A stretch of 63,525 nt of DNA, the filler included, from a bacterium (GTDB lineage Bacteria > JALSQH01): assembly GCA_026985515.1 (NCBI GenBank). It is 3 parts of 3 records of this genome, joined end to end, with 100 filler letters (N's around TTAATTAATTAA, not from the genome) between each part and the next. Parts side by side here need not be neighbours in the genome. Positions count along the whole stretch, not along the records: positions 1 to 30,202 come from JALSQH010000193.1; 2 more parts are not named here. One strand, written 5' to 3'. The notes below the pieces were generated by a model. That model worked only from the letters and a program-made list of their open reading frames with translations, was not told the DNA's origin and made no database searches. Positions 11,585 through 22,431 of this stretch are shown one piece after another; the stretch's first letter is position 1; each line of letters starts with the position of its first letter. The translations under genes were made by a program, and so were the position numbers.

Positions 11585-11920
11585 ATGAGGGAAGGGACAT
11601 TTGTCAGTGAGATAGTTGTAGAAGATTACAGCAGAGAGATAAAGGATTATACCGTTACGCTCATATTACTCGTAATTCTGTTTCTGGTCACCCTTACTTC
11701 TGTGGTTTTTAAAAGCAGTGTTAAAAATGCGAAGCTGATCCTGCCAAAGTATCAGGCACAGCTTGTATCTCTTGAAAATGAAAATGAATTTTTGAAGCAC
11801 AGATACAACCTGCTTGTTTCAATTCCCAATCTTAAGAAATGGGCAGTGGAACTTAATATGAGGCCTGTGGGGATAGATGAATATGTAGTCCTTGATGAAA
11901 ATGGCAGAGATGATGAGTAA
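11585..11920 (+). CDS. ftsL: Cell division protein FtsL-like
   Basis: Single TM plus coiled coil ending A..LNM, located between rsmH and ftsI. The call is mainly positional. Confidence 0.7.
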   Translation: MREGTFVSEIVVEDYSREIKDYTVTLILLVILFLVTLTSVVFKSSVKNAKLILPKYQAQLVSLENENEFLKHRYNLLVSIPNLKKWAVELNMRPVGIDEYVVLDENGRDDE

Positions 11921-13643
11921 GTATTTAAAAAAGTTGCTCTTTTACATTTATGCTGCATTGTTTCTCGCAATATGGGTCAGGCTTTACCTTGTTCAGGTGA
12001 GGTATCATGATCTCTATTCACACTACACAGAAAAGCAGTACAGGAGAGTAATAAAGGTTGAACCATATAGAGGTAAGATACTTACCAGGGATGGAACAGT
12101 TCTGGCTGAGAGTTTGCAGGTTTATTCATTGTACGCTGATCCAAAACAATACTGGAGCTTTTACAGGGACAATTCTCCTCAGGAACTGGCAAGGGTTGTT
12201 GGGGTGAAAAATATACATAAGATCCTGAGCAGAAGAGATGTAAGGTTTGTATGGATAAAAAGAAGATTGACGGACAGAGAAGTTCAAGAGGTAAAACAGC
12301 TGTCAAAAAAAGTTATCTCTGAGGGTAAAAAGAGAGGGACTCTGATTCCCTGGTTCAGGCTTCAGAAGGAGTTTATAAGGTTTTATCCTGAAGGTGAGCT
12401 GGCGGGACAGGTGGTGGGAATAACGGGATTTTCCACAGGAAACAGGTATGATGGCAGGGGTATCGCAGGCATAGAAGCCACATACAATGAATTTTTGAAG
12501 GGAAAAGAGGAAACTATAGTTGTCACAAGAGATGGAAGCAGATTGAGAAGAATAATGACTTCCAGGATCTTTCTTCCCGAAAGATTGAATGGTCTTGATG
12601 TTTACACCACAATTGATGCTTCACTGCAGGATGTGGTAGAAGAGTATCTTTCTGAGGGTGTGAAGAGAGCAGGTGGAAAGAGGGGCATGGCTGTTGTGAT
12701 GGACCCTCATACTGGAAGAATCCTGGCTATGGCCAGTTACCCCTTTTTTAATCCCAACAAAAGGGATAGGAGGAACTTGAAGTATATGAAAAATCTCGTA
12801 ATTTCCTATGGATTTGAGCCAGGGTCTGTAATGAAGCCGTTTATAGTTGCTGGAGCTCTTGATGACGGGAAATTGAGTTTGCATGAGAGATTTTATGCTG
12901 AAGAGGGAAGGTATCTTTTCGGGGGGATCGTGATCCATGATCACGAGAAGTATGGATGGTTAAGTGTACCCGAAATAATTAAGTATTCAAGCAACATAGG
13001 TATGACAAAAATTGGTGATAAATTAGGTCCCGAAGAGGTTTACAGGATACTCAGGAAATTTGGATTTGGAATGAAGACAGGTATAGATCTCTGGGGAGAA
13101 AATCCCGGATATCTGAGACACTGGAAAAACTGGTACCCTGCTGATCTTGCAAATATTTCTTTTGGTCAGGGTTTAAAGGTGACCCTTATTCAGCTTGTCA
13201 CAGCAATGTCAGTTATAGCAAATGGAGGCCTTCTTGTAAGACCATATGTGGTGGATAGGGTGGTTGATTCCAGTGGTAACATTGTCTATAAAAATGATCC
13301 TGAAATAAAAGGACGTGTTATAAGTGAAGAAACAGCAAGAATCATGAGAAGAGTTCTGCATCTTGTAACTGAAAAAGGAGGAACTGGTACTGAGGCGGCA
13401 CTTCCAGAGGTCTCTGTGGCAGGTAAAACTGGCACTGCACAGAAGTGGGTGGGTGAATACACCAGAGAAGTTTACACTGCCTCTTTTGTCGGTTTTCTTC
13501 CTTCAAATGATCCGGAGTGGGTTTTAGGAATAGTGGTTGATGAACCTGAGAAAGAAATTTATGGTGGAACCGCTGCAGCTCCAATTTTCAGAGAAATCGC
13601 AAGAGAACTGATTATTAGAAGCGGTAAATTAACCCTGAGATAA
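11910..13643 (+). CDS. ftsI: Class B penicillin-binding protein FtsI/PBP3
   Basis: RGKILTRDG, EPGSVMK (SxxK), SSN and KTGTAQK motifs; dcw position. Start uncertain (11892-11913). Confidence 0.93.
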   Translation: MMSKYLKKLLFYIYAALFLAIWVRLYLVQVRYHDLYSHYTEKQYRRVIKVEPYRGKILTRDGTVLAESLQVYSLYADPKQYWSFYRDNSPQELARVVGVKNIHKILSRRDVRFVWIKRRLTDREVQEVKQLSKKVISEGKKRGTLIPWFRLQKEFIRFYPEGELAGQVVGITGFSTGNRYDGRGIAGIEATYNEFLKGKEETIVVTRDGSRLRRIMTSRIFLPERLNGLDVYTTIDASLQDVVEEYLSEGVKRAGGKRGMAVVMDPHTGRILAMASYPFFNPNKRDRRNLKYMKNLVISYGFEPGSVMKPFIVAGALDDGKLSLHERFYAEEGRYLFGGIVIHDHEKYGWLSVPEIIKYSSNIGMTKIGDKLGPEEVYRILRKFGFGMKTGIDLWGENPGYLRHWKNWYPADLANISFGQGLKVTLIQLVTAMSVIANGGLLVRPYVVDRVVDSSGNIVYKNDPEIKGRVISEETARIMRRVLHLVTEKGGTGTEAALPEVSVAGKTGTAQKWVGEYTREVYTASFVGFLPSNDPEWVLGIVVDEPEKEIYGGTAAAPIFREIARELIIRSGKLTLR

Positions 13644-13645
13644 AA

Positions 13646-15145
13646 ATGAGTATCAAATCTGTAGGGGCAGAAAAAATAATTGAACTTGTTAAACCAGAAG
13701 GAAAGAAGGGAAATATACCTTCAGGAAAAGTTAATGTAAAACTGGTCACAACAGATTCACGCAGGGTGGTTACTGGTTCTGTTTTCATTGCAGTTAAAGG
13801 TGAAGAGAGGGATGGTCACGATTATATAAAAGATGCGGTGGATAGAGGAGCTTTTCTTATTGTGGGAGAAAGGGAGGATGTAGAAATTGAAGGTGCAGGC
13901 TATCTGATCGTAAAGGACTCACGAAAGGCAGCAGTGAGATTGTTAAAGTGGTTTTATGATGCACCGGATGAAAAGTTGAGGGTAATCGGTGTCACCGGGA
14001 CTAATGGAAAGACAACAACCACCTACTTGCTGGAGAGTATTTTAAGAGAGAAAGGTGAGTTACCGGGAGTTATCGGCACCGTGAACTGGCGGTATGGAAA
14101 CAGATCCATTGAAGCTTCCAATACCACTCCTTCCTTTGAAACTATCATTTCACTGATGGCTGAAATGGTAAAGGAGGGGGTGAAAAGTTTAGTTATGGAG
14201 GTCAGTTCACATTCCCTTGCTCAGAGGAGGATTGATGGCATAAATTTTGATGCTGGAGTTTTTACCAATTTATCCCGTGACCACCTGGATTATCATGGAG
14301 ATATGGAGAATTACTATTTAGCGAAAAGGAGATTTTTCTGTGAATTGCTTCCGGCTTCCGGGAAAAAGTCGTTTGGTGTAGTAAATATAGATGATCCATG
14401 GGGAAGGAGAATCGTGGATGAATGCAGTGATGTGAATCTTTTTACTTATGGCTTTGAGAAGGGTGATGCACATGTTGAGGAGGTCATTTTTTCCCCGGCT
14501 GGAATGGAGTTTACAGTAAGGATTTTTGATGATAAATGCAGTATGATTTCTGATCTCATTGGACGGTACAATCTCTACAATATTCTTGCTGCATCTCTTA
14601 CTGCACATCTTGCAGGTACTGCATGTGAGGAGATCAAAATGGGAGTTGAAAAAGTAAAAAGAGTTCCCGGAAGAGTTGAAAAGTTGTACTACAGCGGAAC
14701 TCCTGTTGTAATAATAGACTATGCCCATACCCCCGATGCTGTTAAAAATGTACTTTCTGCACTGAGGGATATCGCAGGTGGAAGAAGGATTATAACCGTT
14801 GTAGGAGCAGGAGGAGACAGGGATAAGGAAAAGAGAAAACCTATGGGTATGGAAGCAGGAAGATATTCCGATTTTGTTATTGTAACTTCTGATAATCCCA
14901 GAACGGAAGATCCTCTGAAAATCATAGAGATGGTTGCAGAAGGAGTAAAGGAGAGCGGAACCCCATTTAAAAAAATTGAAAACAGGGAAGAGGCCATCAG
15001 GGAAGCGATCATGATGGCATCAGAAAAGGATATAGTGGCAATACTTGGTAAAGGACACGAGGAATATCAGATAATTGGCTCAAAAAAAATTCCCTTCAGC
15101 GACAGGGAGGTGGCAGAAAAATTCCTTATGGAAAAGAGAAGATGA
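13646..15145 (+). CDS. murE: UDP-MurNAc-L-Ala-D-Glu--meso-DAP ligase
   Basis: GTNGKTTT, MEVSSH, DYAHTPD, DNPR (DAP-type motif) and GKGHE. Confidence 0.97.
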   Translation: MSIKSVGAEKIIELVKPEGKKGNIPSGKVNVKLVTTDSRRVVTGSVFIAVKGEERDGHDYIKDAVDRGAFLIVGEREDVEIEGAGYLIVKDSRKAAVRLLKWFYDAPDEKLRVIGVTGTNGKTTTTYLLESILREKGELPGVIGTVNWRYGNRSIEASNTTPSFETIISLMAEMVKEGVKSLVMEVSSHSLAQRRIDGINFDAGVFTNLSRDHLDYHGDMENYYLAKRRFFCELLPASGKKSFGVVNIDDPWGRRIVDECSDVNLFTYGFEKGDAHVEEVIFSPAGMEFTVRIFDDKCSMISDLIGRYNLYNILAASLTAHLAGTACEEIKMGVEKVKRVPGRVEKLYYSGTPVVIIDYAHTPDAVKNVLSALRDIAGGRRIITVVGAGGDRDKEKRKPMGMEAGRYSDFVIVTSDNPRTEDPLKIIEMVAEGVKESGTPFKKIENREEAIREAIMMASEKDIVAILGKGHEEYQIIGSKKIPFSDREVAEKFLMEKRR

Positions 15146-16503
15146 AGGTGGGGTTGAAACTTGAGGAAATTCTGGAAGCAACGGGTGGGAAGTTGATCAG
15201 GAGAGGTGAAGCAGAAAGCTGGTTAAGTTTCTGCAGAGATTCCAGGAAAGTAAAGAAAGGTGACTTTTTTATTCCGTTGAAAGGTGAAAGGTTTGATGGT
15301 CACGATTTTATTGAGGATGCGGTGATGAGAGGAGCCACAGGTTCCCTGTGGGGTAGAGAGGATTCTCCTAATTTGGGCATCACCCTTATAGGAGTGAAAG
15401 ATACACTGGAAGCTCTCGGCAAGATGGGTGACAGGATCAGGAGAAAATGGGGAGGAGAGATTGTTGGGATTACCGGGAGTGCAGGAAAAACAACCACCAA
15501 AGAAATAATCTGGGCAGGATTGAGTGCTTTTGGAAATGTTCATAAAACACCCGGGAACTACAACAATCTTGTAGGTGTTCCAATTTCTCTGCTGGCTCTT
15601 TCAAAGGAGGACAGATTTTCCTGTGTGGAAATGGGTATGAATTCTCCGGGAGAAATTGCGAAACTCGCAGAGATAGCTGCTCCTGACTGGAGTATTATTA
15701 CCTCAATTGGTCCCGCCCACATAGGTGCGTTTAAGGATCTCTCTGGCATTGAAAAGGAGAAAGGCTCCATTCTTGATTTCACAAAGAAGGGAGCGGTTTT
15801 CCCTGCGGGACATCCTCTGCTCACTTCAAAAGCGACGAAATCAGGCATAAGGTTCATAACCACAGGTCCTGCTGGAGAACTTGAGCTGGTTAGGTGGCAG
15901 AAAGAGAAATTAATAATTCGCTACATTGACACCAGACTTGAATTTGATATACAGTTTTCAACTCCTGTGGAAGCAGAAGATTTTACTCATGCTCTTGGAA
16001 TTGCCATACTGATGCAACTTGATCTTGACAGGTTTGTGGATGGTGTGAGAGAAAATTATACACCACCAGAGAGAAGATCCAGAATTTATAAGGGGAAATT
16101 TACAGTTATTGATGATTCCTACAATGCCAATCCTTTATCTACCAAAAAAGCACTGGAATTACTGGGAAGAATCAGTGGCAAAAGAAAGATATTCATCTTC
16201 GGTGATATGCTGGAACTTGGGGAACAGGAGGAAAAACTCCACAGAGAGATTGGGGAATATGTGGCAGAGAGTGGAATTGACACCTTCGTTGTTATAGGAA
16301 GGCGGGCTTACTGGAGTGGTGAAGAGGCTGAAAAGAGGGGGGTAAACACCTTTTTTGTTGAAAATTTCATGGAACTGGAACAATTGATGGATATTATTCT
16401 CGGCGAAAATGATGTTGTACTTGTTAAAGCGTCAAGGGCTATGAGACTTGAAAGGATAGTCGATTACTTACTGAAAAAGATAGAGGTGAAGAATGCTGTA
16501 TAA
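15142..16503 (+). CDS. murF: UDP-MurNAc-tripeptide--D-Ala-D-Ala ligase
   Basis: GSAGKTTTKE, NNLVGVP, EMGM, DSYNANP, GDMLELG and VKASR motifs. Confidence 0.97.
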   Translation: MKVGLKLEEILEATGGKLIRRGEAESWLSFCRDSRKVKKGDFFIPLKGERFDGHDFIEDAVMRGATGSLWGREDSPNLGITLIGVKDTLEALGKMGDRIRRKWGGEIVGITGSAGKTTTKEIIWAGLSAFGNVHKTPGNYNNLVGVPISLLALSKEDRFSCVEMGMNSPGEIAKLAEIAAPDWSIITSIGPAHIGAFKDLSGIEKEKGSILDFTKKGAVFPAGHPLLTSKATKSGIRFITTGPAGELELVRWQKEKLIIRYIDTRLEFDIQFSTPVEAEDFTHALGIAILMQLDLDRFVDGVRENYTPPERRSRIYKGKFTVIDDSYNANPLSTKKALELLGRISGKRKIFIFGDMLELGEQEEKLHREIGEYVAESGIDTFVVIGRRAYWSGEEAEKRGVNTFFVENFMELEQLMDIILGENDVVLVKASRAMRLERIVDYLLKKIEVKNAV

Positions 16504-17563
16504 GTTAGCACTCATATTGAAGGAGCATTTTTCTCCTTTAAATGTTTTCAGATACATTACATTCAGGACAATTGTGGCTGTTCTTTTTTCAATGGTGGTG
16601 GTTTTCGTTCTCTCTCCATGGTTCATAGAAAAATTGAGAGCATTGAATATAGGCGATAAAGCAAGAAAAGAGTATTTACCTGAACATGAGAAAAAAGAGG
16701 GAACACCCACAATGGGTGGGATTCTGCTGATCCTTTCAATTATCATCACCTCTCTGCTTCTGAATAATCTTGCTAATTCCTATGTCTGGTATGTCCTCTC
16801 AGTTACATTTTTATTTTCCGTTATAGGTCTTGTTGATGATCTCCTCAAGTTGAGAAAGAAAGAAGGTTTGAAGGGGAGTGTAAAATTTATTCTTGAATCA
16901 GTTATTGCCGTAGGTCTCGCAATTATCCTTGCAAGGGATCCATCCTTCAGCACAAAAATGGTTGTACCATTTTTCAAAAATGTTAATCCTGATCTCGGTG
17001 GTTTTTACATTTTGATTATCTGGTTTGTTATTGTTGGAACTGCCAATGCCGTTAATCTTACAGATGGTCTTGATGGACTTGCCATTGGGCCAGTACTGAT
17101 AACTGCTGCCACATATCTTGTTTTTTCATATGTTATGGGTCACGAAATAATAGCCCGCTACCTTGGATTTCCCTTCGTACCAAAAGCTGGCGAACTTGCA
17201 ATTATTTCTGGGGCTGTCATAGGTTCAGGGATTGCGTTCCTCTGGTATAACACATATCCTGCACAGGTATTTATGGGTGATGTTGGTTCTCTGGGGCTCG
17301 GTGGACTGATTGGAACGATGGCCATTCTGTCCAAGCAGGAAATATTGCTTGGAGTTGTTGGGGGAGTGTTTGTCATTGAGGCACTCAGCGTGATCATTCA
17401 GGTGACTTATTATAAGTTAACGGGTAGGAGAATCTTCCTTATGGCTCCAATTCATCATCATTTTGAAAAAAAAGGATGGGATGAGCCAAAGGTAACCGTT
17501 CGTTTCTGGATAATAAGTTTTATTCTGGCACTTGTTGCATTGAGTTCACTCAAGTTGAGGTGA
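16493..17563 (+). CDS. mraY: Phospho-N-acetylmuramoyl-pentapeptide transferase
   Basis: GTPTMGG, NAVNLTDGLDGLA, FMGDVGS and MAPIHHHFE motifs. Confidence 0.99.
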   Translation: MLYKLALILKEHFSPLNVFRYITFRTIVAVLFSMVVVFVLSPWFIEKLRALNIGDKARKEYLPEHEKKEGTPTMGGILLILSIIITSLLLNNLANSYVWYVLSVTFLFSVIGLVDDLLKLRKKEGLKGSVKFILESVIAVGLAIILARDPSFSTKMVVPFFKNVNPDLGGFYILIIWFVIVGTANAVNLTDGLDGLAIGPVLITAATYLVFSYVMGHEIIARYLGFPFVPKAGELAIISGAVIGSGIAFLWYNTYPAQVFMGDVGSLGLGGLIGTMAILSKQEILLGVVGGVFVIEALSVIIQVTYYKLTGRRIFLMAPIHHHFEKKGWDEPKVTVRFWIISFILALVALSSLKLR

Positions 17564-17567
17564 GAAG

Positions 17568-18893
17568 ATGATAGAACTACTTGGTTCAAAAGTTGCCGTT
17601 CTCGGTACAGGGGTAACGGGTGAGGAAGTAACAAAGTTTTTACTCAACAGAGGTTCTTTTGTAACCGTTTATGATGAGAATGAAATCTCTGATGATAAAA
17701 AGGGTATTTTTGACTCCCTTGGGGTTGAGTACTATGAGAAGGTTAACTTTGATCAACTGACATTTACAGATTTCGATCTCGTTGTTAAAAGCCCCGGGAT
17801 ACCGTGGAAAACTGGTTTGAAAAGATCAGTGGATAGGGGAATTCCGGTGGTTGATGAGGTTGAGCTTGCCTCCTGGTTCATATCTTTTCCCATGATCGGG
17901 GTAACAGGCACAAATGGTAAAAGCACCGTTGTTGCTCTTGTAAGCGAAATTTTGAAGAGGGGTGGATATGAGGTTTTCACCGGTGGCAATTATGGAGAAC
18001 CTCTTGTCAAGGCTGTTGATATGCCTTTTGATGTTGCTGTGGTGGAGCTGAGCAGTTTTCAGATTGAGGGTTTGATAGATGCAGAATTTCTCCTTTCAAC
18101 CATTTTAAATGTTACACCTGATCACCTGGACAGATATACAGGTTTTGAAGAGTATCTCCAGACGAAGTTGAAACTGGTAACTCTTACTGAACCATTTGGT
18201 GAGGTATGGATAAACAGAGACGATGAACATCTTTCACTGGTAGACTGGAAAAGATATGACCAGAATGTGAATTTCTTTTCTGTTGATGTTCCATCGGAAG
18301 CATATATTGAGAAGGGAAAATTAATTTTCAGGGATGAAGAGGTTTTCCCATTCCCGAAAAAAAAGATACCTCCCGAAAATATCCTTGCCTCAGCAGCTCT
18401 TGCCCTGACATGGGGAGTTGAAAAGGAAGTTGTGGAGGATGCCATTGCCAGTTTCAGAGGCCTTCCCCATAGAATGGAGGAGTTTTTTGAAAGTGGGGGA
18501 ACTATTTTTGTTGATGATTCCAAATCAACCAATCCAGCCTCCCTTTTAAAGGCTCTTTCTGTGTATCCACCAGAGGATACTCTTCTCTTAATTGGGGGAA
18601 GAAGCAAAAAAGAGGGCTACGAGATTTTGAGAGAAAAGATTCAGAGATGTAAATATGTAGTTTTCTTTGGGGAGGATGGCGAATTTCTCTACCGTATGCT
18701 GGAACCTCCAGCTTATTCAATCTTCCCACGGCTGGCTGAAGCACTTGAAGACTTGGAAAAGATTGTTTCTGAAGTCAAACCCCGGTATGTGTTGCTGTCG
18801 CCGGGGTGTGCCAGTTTTGATGAATTCGAAAATTACAGAGAAAGAGGGAAGTTCTTTAAACAGAGGATAAGGGAAATATATGGGAGAGTGTAA
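17568..18893 (+). CDS. murD: UDP-MurNAc-L-Ala--D-Glu ligase
   Basis: SPGIP, GTNGKST, ELSSFQ, DHLDRY, DDSKSTN and LSPGCASFD motifs. Confidence 0.97.
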   Translation: MIELLGSKVAVLGTGVTGEEVTKFLLNRGSFVTVYDENEISDDKKGIFDSLGVEYYEKVNFDQLTFTDFDLVVKSPGIPWKTGLKRSVDRGIPVVDEVELASWFISFPMIGVTGTNGKSTVVALVSEILKRGGYEVFTGGNYGEPLVKAVDMPFDVAVVELSSFQIEGLIDAEFLLSTILNVTPDHLDRYTGFEEYLQTKLKLVTLTEPFGEVWINRDDEHLSLVDWKRYDQNVNFFSVDVPSEAYIEKGKLIFRDEEVFPFPKKKIPPENILASAALALTWGVEKEVVEDAIASFRGLPHRMEEFFESGGTIFVDDSKSTNPASLLKALSVYPPEDTLLLIGGRSKKEGYEILREKIQRCKYVVFFGEDGEFLYRMLEPPAYSIFPRLAEALEDLEKIVSEVKPRYVLLSPGCASFDEFENYRERGKFFKQRIREIYGRV

Positions 18894-19998
18894 AAAATTT
18901 GATGGCATAAAACTGATGATCCTGGTCGTGATTATTTTCCTGTTTGGCCTGCTTTTCCTTTACAGTGCCAGTGTGTTCTACAACTATCGTGGAAGCATGG
19001 ATAACTATTTCACAATTATGTGGTCAACCTATGCAATAAAGCAGTTTTTATTTGGTATCGTGGGCATCTCTCTCATGATTTTGATGTACCGGATTGGGGT
19101 CGAACCTCTTTACAAATATGCGTATCATTTGATTCTGGCAGGATTGTTTCTCATGATCCTGGTTTTTGTACCCCATGTTGGTTTTTCAGCAGGTGGCGCA
19201 ACGAGGTGGATAAGATTGGGTCCCGTTAGTTTTCAACCCTCGGAATTTTTGAAACTCGCCCTCATAACCTACCTTGCAAGGTCTCTCTCAGGTAAAAAGA
19301 AGGTTATTAAAGATTTCTGGATGGGATTTTTCCCCTACATGGTTATTCTCGGTGTGGTGGCAGTTCTTCTACTGCTTCAGGAAGACATAGGAGATTTTGT
19401 CATCATAAGTTATCTGACATTTCTGCTTCTCCTCATAAGTGGTGCCGAGATACTTTACATTGCTCTGATGAGTTTACTGGGTGTTTCCATTGTGACAACT
19501 GCAATTCTATTTACACACAGAATTGACAGGGTAAAGGCATGGCTCAATCCGTGGGATTACGCCAGCAATTATGGATATCAGATTATTCAGTCTCTTGTTG
19601 CCCTCTCCAATGGGGGGGTAACAGGAAGATCCCCCGGTGCCGGGTTGCAGCAGCTCTCTTTCCTTCCTGAGGCTCACACAGATTATATTTTTGCAATAAT
19701 CGGGGAAGAAGGGGGATTCATTGTTACCACCCTTTTTATAGTGGCCTTTGTTTACCTTCTATACCTCAGTTTCAAAATTGCTCTTGCTCAGAAAAACAGT
19801 TTTAACATGATTCTTGCAATCGGCATAGCATCTCTGCTGGGAATAGAGATCATAATAAATCTTGCCGTTGTGACGAATATCTTCCCCACCAAGGGATTAC
19901 CACTTCCATTTGTCAGTTATGGAGGTTCAAATCTGCTGGTTTCTTTTACAATGATTGGAATTCTTGCTTCATTGGGGAGGAAATGTGAAGAGATGTAG
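18880..19998 (+). CDS. ftsW: SEDS peptidoglycan polymerase FtsW
   Basis: GATRWI, QPSEFLK, LPEAHTDYIF and PFVSYGGS motifs; lies between murD and murG. Confidence 0.95.
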   Translation: MGECKKFDGIKLMILVVIIFLFGLLFLYSASVFYNYRGSMDNYFTIMWSTYAIKQFLFGIVGISLMILMYRIGVEPLYKYAYHLILAGLFLMILVFVPHVGFSAGGATRWIRLGPVSFQPSEFLKLALITYLARSLSGKKKVIKDFWMGFFPYMVILGVVAVLLLLQEDIGDFVIISYLTFLLLLISGAEILYIALMSLLGVSIVTTAILFTHRIDRVKAWLNPWDYASNYGYQIIQSLVALSNGGVTGRSPGAGLQQLSFLPEAHTDYIFAIIGEEGGFIVTTLFIVAFVYLLYLSFKIALAQKNSFNMILAIGIASLLGIEIIINLAVVTNIFPTKGLPLPFVSYGGSNLLVSFTMIGILASLGRKCEEM

Positions 19999-21073
19999 CA
20001 TTATTTTTGCTGGAGGTAAAACGGGCGGGCATCTTTTCCCGGGAATTGCGGTGGCCAGAAAATTGAAGGATTACTATGGCGAATCACTCAACATCATTTT
20101 TGTAGGATTGAGGAATGGCCTTGAGGAGCGTGCCGTACCTCGTGAGGGCTGGAAGGTAGAGTTCATACCGATGACAACACCAAGGACGGGCGGAGTGATT
20201 GGTATTTTCAGATTTATTTTCTACTCTTTTCCTGTGAGTTTTCTGAAGAGTTTTCTGATCATCATAAAATACCGTCCCTCTGTTATTGTGGGACTTGGCG
20301 GTTACACTGCCTTTCCGGTGGCTCTTGCAGGCTGGTTACTTTTTGTTCCTGTGGTAATCATGGAACAGAACACATATATGGGAATCACCAACAGAGTTCT
20401 GTCAATTATTGCATCTGAAGTGTATCTCAGTTTTGAATCAAAAGAAAAAGATAGCTGGAAGTACATATACACGGGGAATCCTGTCAGAGATTTTGTCCTG
20501 AAGAGAAGGGAAGATGAGAGCAGGTTTGTAATCGGGATTCTTGGTGGAAGTCAGGGAGCAGTGGGTCTGAACAGGCTTGTCATGAAAATGTTGCCCTATT
20601 TGACCGATATAAAGGACAGGATCCATTTTATTCACCAGACTGGTAAGCACCTCCACGAGGAAGTTAAGGAGACATACAGAAGATATGGGTTCAGTGCAGA
20701 TACTTATGAATTCATAGATGATATGGGTTGGTTTTATGGACAGGTTGATCTCACGATATCCAGAGCAGGTGCTACCACAATTGCAGAACTGATAAGGGTT
20801 GGTAAGCCTTCAATTTTTGTTCCCTTTCCACATGCCGCCGATGATCATCAGCGCAAAAATGCTGAATACATAGCAGATGCCGGTGGAGGAATAGTTTTTG
20901 ATGAGAATGGAGATCCTGAAAAACTTGCAAAAATAGTAAAAGAACTTTTTTCTGACAGAAAAAAATTAGAAGAAATGTCCACTTCCCTGAAAAAACTTTA
21001 TAGGGGTGATGCTTCAGGGAAGATAGCAGAAAGACTAAAAAAATTTCTGGAGAGAACATGTTTGGAAGGGTAA
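19985..21073 (+). CDS. murG: Undecaprenyl-PP-MurNAc-pentapeptide GlcNAc transferase
   Basis: GGKTGGHLFPG, EQN, GNPVR, GGSQGA and RAGATT motifs. GTG start follows a GGAGG SD. Confidence 0.97.
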   Translation: MKRCSIIFAGGKTGGHLFPGIAVARKLKDYYGESLNIIFVGLRNGLEERAVPREGWKVEFIPMTTPRTGGVIGIFRFIFYSFPVSFLKSFLIIIKYRPSVIVGLGGYTAFPVALAGWLLFVPVVIMEQNTYMGITNRVLSIIASEVYLSFESKEKDSWKYIYTGNPVRDFVLKRREDESRFVIGILGGSQGAVGLNRLVMKMLPYLTDIKDRIHFIHQTGKHLHEEVKETYRRYGFSADTYEFIDDMGWFYGQVDLTISRAGATTIAELIRVGKPSIFVPFPHAADDHQRKNAEYIADAGGGIVFDENGDPEKLAKIVKELFSDRKKLEEMSTSLKKLYRGDASGKIAERLKKFLERTCLEG

Positions 21074-22431
21074 AGAAGTTACACTTTGTGGGAATTGGTG
21101 GAATTGGAATGAGCGGAATTGCAGAATTGCTGTTGAATATGGGTTTTGAAATTACAGGGTCTGATCTTTCCGAAAATGAACAGACCAGGCGACTGGAAAA
21201 ATTGGGTGCCAGGATCTTCTATGGTCACAGACCTGAAAATGTAGGTGATGCCCAGGTGGTGGTTATTTCTTCTGCGATAAAACCTGATAATGTCGAAGTG
21301 TTAAGAGCAAGAGAGTTGAAAATACCTGTCATTAAAAGAGCCGAAATGCTAAGTGAGTTGATGAGGATGAAATATGGGATTGCTGTGGCTGGAAGCCATG
21401 GTAAAACCACCACCACTTCAATGATTGCAAGGGTGATGATTGATGCGGGATTTGATCCCACAGTGATTGTGGGAGGAAAACTCTATGATATTGGAAGCAA
21501 TGCAAGACTGGGTAAAGGTGAATATCTGATTGCCGAAGCAGATGAGAGTGACGGATCGTTCCTGATGCTGATGTCCTACATAGCAGTGATAACTAACATA
21601 GATGAAGAGCATCTTGATTATTACCAGAGTTATCAGAACATTCTCAGAGCATTTACAGATTTTGGAAATAGAGTACCCTTCTACGGCCTGGACATAGTTT
21701 GTGGAGATGATAGGGGAGTGAAAGAGATTCTCCCTTTTCTTAAGAAAAGAGTTTTAACATACGGATTTTCAGGAGAAAATGATATAACCGCAGAAATAAT
21801 GGAGAGTGACGGTGGTTATATTTACAGAGTGAAATACCGCGGAAACGACCTTGGAATATTCAGATTAAAAATACCGGGGAAACACAATGTACTGAATTCC
21901 CTTGCAGCCATTGGAGTGGGTATGGAGCTTGAAATAGATGTGGACAGAATAAGGGAATCACTCAGTAATTTCAGTGGAGTGAAGAGACGTCTGGAAGTTG
22001 TTTACTCAGATGAGGGGATAACAATTATTGATGACTATGGTCATCATCCAACTGAAATATCAAATACTATTCAGGCTGTGAAGGAGATGTTTCCCGGAAG
22101 GAGATTGATTGTTGCGTTTCAACCCCACAGATACACCAGGACCCGGGCATTGATGAACAGATTTGGGGAAAGTTTAAAAGGTGCAGACCTTCTTATTCTT
22201 ACAGAGATTTACCCGGCTGGTGAAAATCCCATTGAGGGAGTTTCAGGGGAAGCTCTCTACTGGAATGTAAAGGATGTCGTTGGGGATAAGGTTACCTTTG
22301 CTCCCACCCTTGTGGATGTTGTGGAAGCTATTGAGGAGGTTTTTAAGGAAGGTGATGTGATATTGACCCTTGGGGCGGGAAATATTTACAGGGTTGCCGA
22401 GGAGTTGAAAGAATGGAGATTAAAGAGGTGA
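21058..22431 (+). CDS. murC: UDP-MurNAc--L-alanine ligase
   Basis: GIGGIGMSG, GSHGKTTTT, EADESD, DDYGHHPTE and FQPHRYTR motifs. Confidence 0.99.
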   Translation: MFGRVKKLHFVGIGGIGMSGIAELLLNMGFEITGSDLSENEQTRRLEKLGARIFYGHRPENVGDAQVVVISSAIKPDNVEVLRARELKIPVIKRAEMLSELMRMKYGIAVAGSHGKTTTTSMIARVMIDAGFDPTVIVGGKLYDIGSNARLGKGEYLIAEADESDGSFLMLMSYIAVITNIDEEHLDYYQSYQNILRAFTDFGNRVPFYGLDIVCGDDRGVKEILPFLKKRVLTYGFSGENDITAEIMESDGGYIYRVKYRGNDLGIFRLKIPGKHNVLNSLAAIGVGMELEIDVDRIRESLSNFSGVKRRLEVVYSDEGITIIDDYGHHPTEISNTIQAVKEMFPGRRLIVAFQPHRYTRTRALMNRFGESLKGADLLILTEIYPAGENPIEGVSGEALYWNVKDVVGDKVTFAPTLVDVVEAIEEVFKEGDVILTLGAGNIYRVAEELKEWRLKR